Translations under genes and position numbers: made by a program
Source of the DNA: Stegostoma tigrinum
Taxonomy: Eukaryota
Direction of reading: 5' to 3'
DNA: 64,000 nucleotides
Assembly (NCBI RefSeq): GCF_030684315.1
Contig: NC_081378.1
Span: forward strand, 16,484,575 to 16,548,574
Shown: positions 45,213 through 57,200 of the stretch, piece after piece
Numbering within the stretch: position 1 is the stretch's first letter
How the letters are laid out: every line of letters starts with the position of its first letter
Notes under the pieces: model-generated
Database searches by the model: none
Told to the model about the DNA's origin: nothing
Seen by the model: the letters and a program-made list of their open reading frames with translations, nothing else

Positions 45213-48200
45213 GTGAGTTACTGCCTTGCAACTGATTGCACAGAAAGATGGTGAAACCTTTATCAGGAACACGTGGCGTGAGACTAAAAATTTCCAGATT
45301 GATCCGCACCCTTTGCTGAATTTGCTGATTGTGAGTGGACATCCATGCAACTGTTCACATATGTGGCCCCAAGTTTGGGACTGGGTTGAGGAGGGTTGCG
45401 AGATCACCCGTATAGATACGCATATGGGCAAAGAATGTTAGATTTGCTTGTGATTCCTCCCTTGCCCAAACAACCGACCAACAGTAACTGAGACTCACAT
45501 ATGGATCATCTAGATGAAGTATTCTTTTGATGGCTAATCACAGTCTGAAATGGGTTACCGCATTCCGAGTTAATACCAAAGTGGTTATAGACAATAGACA
45601 ATAGGTGCAGGAGCAGGCCATTCGGCCCTTCTAGCCAGCACCACCATTCATTATGATCATGGCTGATCATCCACAATCGGTATCCTGTTCCTGCCTTATC
45701 CCCATAACCCTTGCAGCATTGGATCTAATGGTAACCACCATGATAGAAATCAAGAGTTCTGTTCTGTTCCAATTCTGTTACCCGTGGATATTGTTGCTAA
45801 CATTAAAAGGGTAGCACTGTTAATGACTAAACTGGCGGAAGCCTCACTAATGCATGGTAAATGAAAGCTTCACCTGGAGCTATTTGTAGACTGACCTTAT
45901 ACCTTATGGGGCATAGACCAAATGTTGCCCAAATGAAGTGGTGGAGATCATTTCTCTCTCTCTTCAAGGAACTGTCTATGAAACTACTTTGGGAATATCT
46001 GCACTCCTACCCGCATGCATGAGGTTCAATTGGGCAAAATAGTGTGTAATTTGCTTTGAGACATTTTGAGTAATTAACTCAGTGCCGAAAAAGGAAACCC
46101 TGATACAGACCAAAAAAAACCCCAAAAGAACTGCAGTTGTTGATTCTGATGCTGACTACTTGCCCTGCTTACAGGGATCAGGTCCTCCGGCTTACACCCA
46201 GAGATGAGAAACAGGTGAGCCTTGTGATGTCCTTGGAGGATAAGGAGCATCTCAAGGTGAGTCAAGAACCAAACTGAATCTCTCCACATAAGCTACCGAG
46301 CAAACCTCAAACACATAGAAACACCATCAGTTAACAGAACTAGGTAGTGCAATAGTCTACAGTTGGCACCATTGTTGTGATACTACAGTGATAATCTTTT
46401 CTTTTGACGGCCTTCCAAATGAGGCTTAGCTAGGTTTTGTAACTACCTATAAGCTGCTGAAATATACAACGATTCTAATTGATTGTGAATTTCAGTTGCA
46501 ATTCAAAAAATAGCTCTTTTCATCTTGATTTTCCTTTATAACAAAATAACTATTATTAACATTTATTTCTTTATACAGTCCCTTTAAAGTGAAGTAACAC
46601 CTGAAGACTTCACACATACATTATCAAGCGAAAAATGACACCAGGCTGAATGTTCCCAGCCTCCAAACAATGTGAACATTGTCAAGAAAGTTGAGAAAAA
46701 TCACATGAGATCAGCATTGAGAAGATTCTTGATGCTGAGAGCAAATAAGTCTGATTTTTCAGCCTCACTTTGAACAGGGAACAGGGATTCTCATTAGCGA
46801 GTGATGTCAGGCCTTTTATTTACATTACCCAAGGAGCCAGGCATCACAATGGACTATGGCATTGTGTGGAAACATACATTTTTTACACAAAATCCTGTAC
46901 CTAATGACAACACCAGATGCCACACTAGTTAACAGGTTGTTTCAAGGAAATGCAACCATAGCCTATCATGCACTGTAAGTATATTTTCAATGTGTTAAAC
47001 ATAACCATAATTGTTATCTTCTCCCTCTACAACTCCAGCTAGATATCTGGCGCTATCCCGTCAAGTCTGACCGCATTATAGATGTCCATGTTCCAGAGAA
47101 CAGTCTTCAGTCCTTCAAAGTGTTTCTGGAGTACAATGATATTCAGTACTCAGTGATGATTGAAGACCTGCAGGTATGTCACTAAAGCAAAACTAGGCCA
47201 GAGTAAGGAATTAAATTTTAGCCACATTTCCAATTCATAGTTTTATTTTTATGGCTCCTGCTGGACTTATCTGTGCAAGTGGCTCTGTGTGAGACCTGTG
47301 TGTGGAGGACTATATGTGTTTCAGAATATTTGTAAATGTACTCAACTTTCTGTTGGTGTGACTGCATGGGACTTGTGTGTGAACATAGAGTGTTTGCGGA
47401 TGGAGTATATGGATATGATTAGGGTATGCAAGTGGGGCAGTGCATGGGGTTATGAGTGCATGTATAGGACATGCATATGGAGTAGGGTATTTGGAATGAT
47501 GTGGGGTGTGTGTATATGTAAACAGGTTTGTGTGAATTTGGATGTGTATGATTGGGATATGTGAATTTATTTGTAATGTGTATGCGTGGAATGTGTGTTT
47601 GGCCATATGAGTGGGTTTGTAAATATGAGTAGTGGTGGCTATTTGGAGGTATCTGGAGCATTTGTATGTGTCAGCAGTGGTGTGTGTGTACAGGATTTGT
47701 TTGTCTGGAGGGGTGTATCAGTGTGTGTGAATTTGTAGTAGTGAGTATCTGAGGGTTGAGGCCCATATTGTGTAGAATTTAGAAGATTGAGAAGAGACTT
47801 AATTGAGGTGGAAAAGATGCTAATGGGGATTGTCAAAGTAGACAGAGAGGATATTTCCTCTTGTGGGGTAATCTAGAACTAGAAGTTTTAGGATAAAGTT
47901 CGATTTAAAACAGAGATCAGGGAAATTACTTCTTTCAAAGAGTTTTGAATCTGTGGAATTCACTACTCCAGAGAGCGGTCCATGCTGTGACCTTGAATAA
48001 ATTTAAGGAGGAGATAGACAGATTTTTAATTAGCAACAGGTTGAAGGGTTATGGGTAGTGGGGTTGAGGCTGAATTGTGATCATCCATGATCATATTAAA
48101 CATTGGAGCAGGCGTGAGGTTCTGAATTGCCAGCTCCTGCTCCTAGTTCTTGTGTTCTTCTGTGCCGAGCATGTAAAAGGTTTTGTATAAAGCCACGTCT

Positions 48201-51200
48201 TACATTTAGGTGATGATTGACAATGAGAAAGCTGAACTGGAGCAGATGACCATGAAGGAACGTTCCACTTCCTCCTTCAACTATGGCAAATACCACACTC
48301 TGGATGAGGTACGTACACAGGGGTTCCAATGGGGAAAAGTTGCATCATATTTGTGTACTGTGCTCTGACAGCACTGTCATGGAGGAGTTGGGGATGGGCA
48401 GTAAAGCTATAACTAGTACTTATCATGCTAGCATCAGCTGGGTTCTGTCTTCCTCAGTGAGTATGCCTTGCAGAAACTGTTGATAAGAGCATGAGATAGG
48501 GCAGAGATAACAAGAAGGAAAGAACTGTCTTTCAGACTCCTGTTGTCCACTGACCTTTCATAGGGTTATCTCCAGCAACCCACCTAACAATCTTCTCATT
48601 ACATATCTGCACCCATTTACCTTAGCTGGTATGACAGATCTGAATTAAAGGCTTTTGTGGGATGAGGTAGTGTCCCTACCTCTGAGCCAGAAGGCCTAAA
48701 TTCACATTCCACCTGCTCCAGCAGTGTGTAATAGCATCTCTGAGCAGGTTGGTTAGGAAACTTCTGGCAGATCTGAATCATCATTTACTTAGGTTGGTGA
48801 ATGAGTATGTCCAGGACTACTGAGATTGGGTAGTGATTATAACCATGACTTGGAGGGTCTTGGCATAGTGGTAATAGTCTCTGAGCTAAGAAGCCTAGGT
48901 TCCATCCCCACCTGCTCCAGAGATATGTCATAACATCCCAGGTCAGGGTTGATTAAAAAGAAACATGACTGGAGTTTTTACTGAACACTTGTCCTATTGC
49001 ACAACCTCTCTTCTCCAGTTCTTCTACACATTAGTTTGCATTATTTTGATTAACCTGTAACTTTTAACCCAGATCTATAGTTGGATGGACAGTCTTGCTA
49101 ATGAATTTCCAGGACTGGTACAGAAGCAGCAGATTGGGACATCATTTGAAGGTCGCCCACTCTACATATTAAAGGTATGGTAATGACTGAGGGACAATTG
49201 TACACTGTCCTCTCACTGCTGGGCTCTGTGTTCACATCTAGCCAGGATTCAGAGCTGAAAGTTGCATTTTTTTTCTTGCTGCCATCTCCGGGGACCTTGG
49301 GCAGCTTCAAACAATTGGTGTGAATTAGAACAATCACTGGCCTCCCTACCATCCCAAGTCAAGCTCTAGGTCAGTGTTCTATGACCCAGGTTAACCAGCA
49401 GAGTCCAAAGGCCCAAATATCTAAATGAATTTGAGATAATGGGAACTGCAGATGCTGGAGAATCCAAGATAATAAAATGTGAAGCTGGATGAACACAGCA
49501 GGCCCAGCAGCATCTCAGGAGCACAAAAGCTGACGTTTCAGGCCTAGACCCTTCATCAGAGAGGGGGATGGGGTAAGGGTTCTGGAATAAATAGGGAGAG
49601 AGGGGGAGGCGGACCGAAGATGGAGAGAAAAGAAGATAGGTGGAGAGAGTATAGGTGGGGACGTAGGGAGGGGATAGCTCAGTCCAGGGAAGACGGACAG
49701 GTCAAGGAGGTGGGATGAGGTTAGTAGGTAGATGGGGGTGCGGCTTGGGGTGGGAGGAAGGGATGGGTGAGAGGAAGAACAGGTTAGGGAGGCAGAGACA
49801 GGTTGGACTGGTTTTGGGATGCAGATGGCCTCAAGGCCCTCCGCTTCTTCCTGTCCCGCAGGCCCGACCAGTCCCCCTCCACCGACACTGTCATCCGCCT
49901 AGCCGAACTCGTCCTCACCCTCAACAACTTCTCTTTTGACTCCTCCCACTTCCTACAGACTAAGGGGGTGGCCATGGGCACCCGCATGGGCCCCAGCTAT
50001 GCCTGCCTCTTTGTAGGTTACGTGGAACAGTCCCTCTTCCGCACCTACACAGGCCCCAAACCCCACCTCTTCCTCCGGTACATTGATGACTGTATCGGCG
50101 CCGCCTCTTGCTCCCCAGAGGAGCTTGAACAGTTCATCCACTTCACCAACACCTTCCACCCCAACCTTCAGTTCACCTGGGCCATCTCCAGCACATCCCT
50201 CACCTTCCTGGACCTCTCAGTCTCCATCTCAGGCAACCAGCTTGTAACTGATGTCCATTTCAAGCCCACCGACTCCCATAGCTACCTAGAATACACCTCC
50301 TCCCACCCACCCTCCTGCAAAAATTCCATCCCCTATTCCCAATTCCTCCGCCTCCGCTGCATCTGCTCCCACGATAAGACATTCCACTCCCGCACATCCC
50401 AGATGTCCAAGTTCTTCAAGGACCGCAACTTACCCCCACAGTGATCAAGAATGCCCTTGACTGCGTCTCCCATATTTCCCGCAACACATCCCTCACACCC
50501 CGCCCCCGCCACAACCGCCCAAAGAGGATCCCCCTCGTTCTCACACACCACCCCACCAACCTCCGGATACAACGCATCATCCTCCGACACTTCCGCCATT
50601 TACAATCCGACCCCACTACCCAAGACATTTTTCCATCCCCACCCCTGTCTGCTTTCTGGAGGGACCACTCTCTCCGTGACTCCCTTGTTCGCTCCACACT
50701 GCCCTCCAACCCTACCACACCCGGCACCTTCCCCTGCAACCGCAGGAAATGCTACACTTGCTCCCACACCTCCTCCCTCACCCCTATCCCAGGCCCCAAG
50801 ATGACATTCCACATTAAGCAGAGGTTCACCTGCACATCTGCCAATGTGGTATACTGCATCCACTGTACCCGGTGTGGCTTCCTCTACATTGGGGAAACCA
50901 AGCGGAGGCTTGGGGACCGCTTTGCAGAACACCTCCGCTCAGTTCGTAACAAACAACTGCACCTCCCAGTCGCAAACCATTTCCACTCCCCCTCCCATTC
51001 TTTAGATGACATGTCCATCATGGGCCTCTTGCAGTGCCACAATGATGCCACCCAAAGGTTGCAGGAACAGCAACTCATATTCCGCTTGGGAACCCTGCAG
51101 CCCAATGGTATCAATGTGGGCTTCACCAGCTTCAAAATCTCCCCTTCTCCCACCGCATCCCAAAACCAGCCCAGTTCGTCCCCTCCCCCCAACTGCACCA

Positions 51201-54200
51201 CACAACCAGCCCAGCTCTTCCCCTCCACCCACCGCATCCCAACACCAGTCCAACCTGTCTCTGCCTCCCTAACCGGTTTTTCCTCTCACCCATCCCTTCC
51301 TCCCACCCCAAGCCGCACCCCCATCTACCTACTAACCTCATCCCACCTCCTTGACCTGTCCGACTTCCCTGGACTGACCTATCCCCTCCCTACCTCCCCA
51401 CCTATACTCTCTCCACCTATCTTCTTTTCTCTCCATCTTTGGTCCGCCTCCCCCTCTCTCCCTATTTATTCCAGAACCCTCACCCCATCCCCCTCTCTGA
51501 TATAGGGTCTAGGCCCGAAACGTCAGCTTTTGTGCTCCTGAGATGCTGCTTGGCCTGCTGTGTTCACCCAGCCTCACATTTTATTATCTAAATGAATTTG
51601 TTCAGTTCTCACAAAGACAAGAAGGCATTTCTCTCTTTGGCATAATTTAACCCTAACTTCTTGATCCTCAGTGTACGACCAAGGCAGATAAAAACATTTA
51701 AACAAGTCAGACAAGGGCTGTAAGGCTGCAAACTCCTGGACAAGTTCCTGGTGATTTTACCATTCCATCCCATTAAACCACCTTTTGTTAAGCCTTCACC
51801 AGGATTGTGTGTGGCACGTTGAGAATCTGCTGGTAAATCCACCATGATTAAAGGATGTGTTTCCATGGGAACAAAGTTTTCTCATTGCTGGAGAAATTTG
51901 ATCAGGGGACGACTGTGTGCCTGGTATTGGTCCATTTGAGTGAACAAGTGAAAAATCAGGTGGACTGTGTATCGGGCATTGCTCTCAGTTTCCTCTATGT
52001 TTCCCCCTAGATGATGCTACAGGCCTCCCAACTCCTAAGAGAGAATGTATGTTTTTCTCAGCAAAGGGTTGCGTTCTCCCCATAACCATCTCCCATTCAT
52101 TTTGACAGTTCAGCACTGGTGGGACTGGACGCCCAGCGATATGGATAGACAGTGGGATCCACGCCCGTGAATGGGTGTCACCTGCTAGTGCAATCTGGAT
52201 GGCAAATAAGGTAAACCGATACACTTAGCAGAGTTGCTGGATGGGGGCAGAATCCAGTTAGATCAGTCTGAGTCATACAGGATCCACTGCCGCTCTGTGC
52301 TTAATTTGCTGACTTTGGCACTTGGAGGTGGGTGATAGTAGTGGGGAAGATTCAGAAAGGGATGAAGAGGCAGGGAGATTGTTTGGGGTGGGGAGGCAGA
52401 TTTTGTCTGGACCCTGGTAGATGGAATTCAGAAATTTTAAATGAACACTTGAAAGATCATAACACCCAAGGCTACAGGCCAAGGACTGAAAAATGGGACT
52501 GGAAGAGATAGATAATTGATGACCTACACAGACACAATGGACCAAAGGGCCTTTTTCCATGCTGTAAAAACTCCACAACTCCACGAATCTGTGACTGACT
52601 AATCCTGATGACATGGTAGCTGTTTCCCCACTCTCTGTTTTTCTGTTTCTTGCTCCATCTCGCACTGTTTCCCTTTATTAATTATTTTCCATTGCACCAC
52701 ATTTTTCTTTGTTCTAGTCTGTCTCACACATTCTGCCTCTTCAATTGTGTCTTGCTTTGTTTCTATCTCTTTCACTTTACTCTCTTTCTCACTTACCAGC
52801 TTTGTCTTGTTCTGCCTCATTCTCCAACTCCACATGATCCTTCCCTGGTCAAATTTCAATCTCCCCGCTCTTTCTCTCTTTTACTCGAACTGGCTTTATC
52901 AGTTTCACTCAGTTAATGTGCTTTTCTCTTCCACATGGACTCTTATTTCTCCTCCATCACCCAAACACTGTCAAAAGGCAGGTCAAATTCTATTGGCAGC
53001 ATTCTCCTTATGCTGGAAGGCATTGCGGATTCCTCAGGGTGTAGGGTGGGAGGTGTTCCTACAGCCTGGGGTGTGATACTGAGTTTTACACACAGGGTAG
53101 AGGATGACCCAGTGGTATTAGCACTGGGCTGTTAATCCAGAAACCCAGGTAATATGTTGGGACTTGGGTTCAAATGTGACCATGGCAGATAATCTGGATT
53201 TAAGACAACCATGAATCCATTGCTGATTGTCAGGAATAGACCCATCTGGTTCGCTAATTTCTTTAGGGATGGAAATTTGCCATCCTTACTTGGTCTGGCC
53301 TACATGTGACTCCAGACCCTCAGCAATATGGTTGACTCTTAACTGCCCTCTGGGGATTAGGGAGGGGCAGTAAATGCTGACCTAGCTAGCAACACCCTCA
53401 TCCCACGAATGAATAAAAAAAGTTGGGTTTTTGAATAATGTGGAGCTACTGGCAGAAACTGAACACTGAGGAAAATAGTAGAGATCAAATATTATTTGTT
53501 ACATGACCAAATTCTCTCTTGCACTGACAGATCAGTAGTGACTACGGCCAGGAGCCCTTTGTCACATCACTGCTGAGGAAAATGGACATCTACATGGAGA
53601 TTGTGGTGAACCCAGATGGTTATGCTTACACCCACACCACGGTTAGTGCTCCAGGTTCTTCCAGCTGAGCCACTCAGTGAGATCGCTGAACTCTTAGATT
53701 AGGCTGTGTGAATATTCACCACAAACCGAGCTCCTTCCTTTTGGCTATTCATGTAAAAGAGATGGCCTGCTTATGGCCAAGCAATATGTTAAGTTGTCAG
53801 CGATGTAAACAGACTCAACGTTCAACAAATACAAATGCTCTGACCACATATCACGCTACAGCTTGTGGGAGCTTACTGTGGGCAAATTGACTGCTCATTT
53901 GTGTGCCTCCTTTACATTTAAACCACATTTTAGAGGTACTAAATTGGCTGTAAAATGCTTTGAGACATTTCAAGGAAATGAGTGTGCTACAAAATGCATT
54001 TCCTTCTTTTTCTTCAGATCTTGCAAGAATGCTGTAATGCTCTGATCTCATGGGGACACTTAAAACAACTGATATTTATATAATATTCTTAATGTATTAA
54101 AATTACAATCCCTAAGTACTTTATAGGAGCATCATTGAACAACATGTGACTCCATTGTTGAAGGTGTTATTAGACTGATGACCAAAATTTTTGATTGTGG

Positions 54201-57200
54201 GTTTTAGAGAAGATTCTGACAGGAGGAATGAGATGAGGGCGAGGTTTGGGGAAGCAGTTTCAGAGCTTGTCACCCAAGTAGCTGAAGTTGTAGCCAACAA
54301 TCAGCAATAATTAAAATCAGGGATGTTCCAGTCACCAGAAGCAAAAGAGGGCGGATATCTCAAGGGTTGGGACACTTGGAGAAACTTATAGAGTTAGGAA
54401 TATACTTGGATGGAATTAAAATCAAGGACGAAAATCTGAAAGTCAAGACATTACTTGACCTGCAGAAGAAGTGGGGGCTAGTAAGTACAGGTGAATTGGA
54501 TTTTATGAGTTAAGACAAGAAGAGCAGAATTTTGGATCATTGTAAGGTTATGAAGAGTAAAATGACGGACCCAGCCAGGAAGCCATTGCAACAGTCAAGT
54601 CTGATTCAACATGCTAACATTCCGACAATATGGATTTTTTCCAGAACAGATTGTGGCGTAAGACCAGATCCACAAGTCCTGGAAGAAAATGCGTCGGCGT
54701 TGATGCCAACAGGAACTTTGATGCTGGTTTTGGAGGTGTGTGATACACTTTTTCTTCCTCTGTTAGCTCCATACTCTCCTTTCTCAACAATTCTGTCCAT
54801 CCGATCAGCAGCACACTACCTTGAAGATATGTTTTAAGGTAAAAACCTCTGCCAGGTTCCGAGAAAAATTTAAAATCCTCCAGAATAAGATGATAATCCA
54901 CTCAAGGCTGGGCCTGAGGTCATCAGATAGTGAGTGCCAGAGAGCTATATGACCAGTGGAGGCATCACTGTTGAGTCTAGTCTTGCCCTCACCCGACAGA
55001 CACACACAGAGACTATGTGGTGGCTGGAGGAAGATTAGACTGAGAAGGATGTAACTTTCAAAGGATAAATCACTGGGAGTCAGAATTCAGTTCCTGAAAG
55101 TATAGAGGCTGAGATCTAGTCAACTGGACAAAGGCCACATGGGTTTCAAGACTTCACAGCAGAACCATGGCTGGAAGTAAACAGATCTCAGGGACAGACA
55201 GGATCTAACTTAGTTACTTATGCCCCTGTGATGGTATAACAGATCAGTGTCATGAGGGCAAGATGGTGGCACGTACCAGTGTCTGAAAATTATCAGCAGA
55301 GGAGCAGCTGAGAGCAATACTAAGGAACTAAGATGTTCATATAAATGATGGTGGCTGTTCACTTGACAGGACCTGGAACCAGCGGCAATCCATGCATGGA
55401 GACGTACCATGGGCCCTATCCTAACTCTGAACGTGAGGTCGCGGCCATTGTGAATTTTGTGCAGAGCCACAGAAACATCAAGAGCTTTATCACTATTCAC
55501 AGTTACTCCCAGCTCCTTATGTTCCCCTTTGGCTACAAATGTGATCCCCCTGCTAATTACCAGGAGCTGGTAAGTCAAACCTCTGTTTCCATTCTCTCTC
55601 TGATGAAAGGTCAATGGACTTGAAACGTTCACTCTGTTTTCTCTCTACAGATGCTGCCAGACCTGCTGAATTTCTCCAGCACTTTTTTGTCGCCCCCTTG
55701 TCCAGATTGCTACTCAATGGAGTGCTGGTGGAAGTGTCCTTCATTTGAGATGTTAAGGTCTGGGAATATTCCATAGTGCTTTTTGAAGGAGAGTAAGAAA
55801 TTCTTTAGGTATAAAAGCAGAAAATGTTGGAAAAGCTCAGCAGGTGAGGCAGCATCTGCAGAGACAAAAATAAAGCTTAAATTTCAGATGTCTGATGCAA
55901 GGTCATTATCCTGAATGCTCCACTTGATCCCAGATCCACATCGCTCTTTAGTTGGGAATGTGCTGTACACAAATTGTCTGCCCTGTTCTTCACAATACAA
56001 TGCATTTCAAAGAGTAAATAATCAGCTGTAAAGTACTTTGGGATTCCATGCAATTCATTAATTTCTCTTTTACAATTTAGCAGCCGGAACAACTTTTACA
56101 AAACTTTAGGAAAGGTTTTAATAGCTGTGGTTAGATGGCTCAGTTGACTGGACACTGGTTTGTGATGCAGAGTGTGCGTTCAATTCCTGCACTGGTTGAG
56201 GTTACTATAAAGGACTCTCCAATCTAACCTCTCAGGTGACCCTCATGTTAAACCACCAGCAGCCTTCTTGCTCTAATGACAGAGAAGGCTTATGATCCTC
56301 AGGAACAATGGCAAGGTAGACCTTATGATACAGTGGACTGCACATGGATGTGAAGAGTTTGTGTGGCTGGTAATGGTACCACAATGGTTACTTTATTGGA
56401 CTAATAATCTAGAGGCTTGAGTTCAAATCTCTCCATTGCCAGTAGGGAACTTAAAAGTCAAAAAAAACTCTGGAATAAAATTTAAAAAGCTAGTATTAGT
56501 GATAGTGACGACAAAAATACCCAATTATTGTACAGAGATAATGGGAACTGCAGATGCTGGAGAATCCAAGATAATAAAGTATGAAGCTGGATGAACACAG
56601 CAGGCCAAGCAGCATCTCAGGAGCACAAAAGTTGACGTTTCGGGCCAAGACCCTTCATCAGAGAGGGGGATGGGGAGAGGGAACTGGAATAAATAGGGAG
56701 AGAGGGGGAGGTGGACCGAAGATGGAGAAAGAAGAAGATAGGTGGGGAGGTAGGGAGGGGATAGGTCAGTCCAGGGAAGACTGACAGGTCAAGGAGGTGG
56801 GAATGAGGTTAGTAGGTAGGAAATGGAGGTGCGGCTTGAGATGGGAGGCAGGGATGGGTGAGTGGAAGAACAGGTTAGGGAGGCAGAGACAGGCTGGGCT
56901 GGTTCTGGGATGCAGTGGGGGGAGGGGAAGAGCTGGGCTGGTTGTGTGATGCAGTGGGGGGAGGGGATGAACTGGGCTGGTTGTGGGATGCGGTGGGAGA
57001 AGGGGAGATTTCACCAGCTTCAAAATCTCCCCTTCCCCCACTGCATCCTAAAACCTGCCCAACCTGTCTCTGCCTCCCTAACCTGTTCTTCCTCTCACCC
57101 ATCCCTTCCTCCCACCTCAAGCCGCACCTCCATTTCCTACCTACTAACCTCATCCCACCTCCTTGACCTGTCCGTCTTCCCTGGACTGACCTATCCCCTC

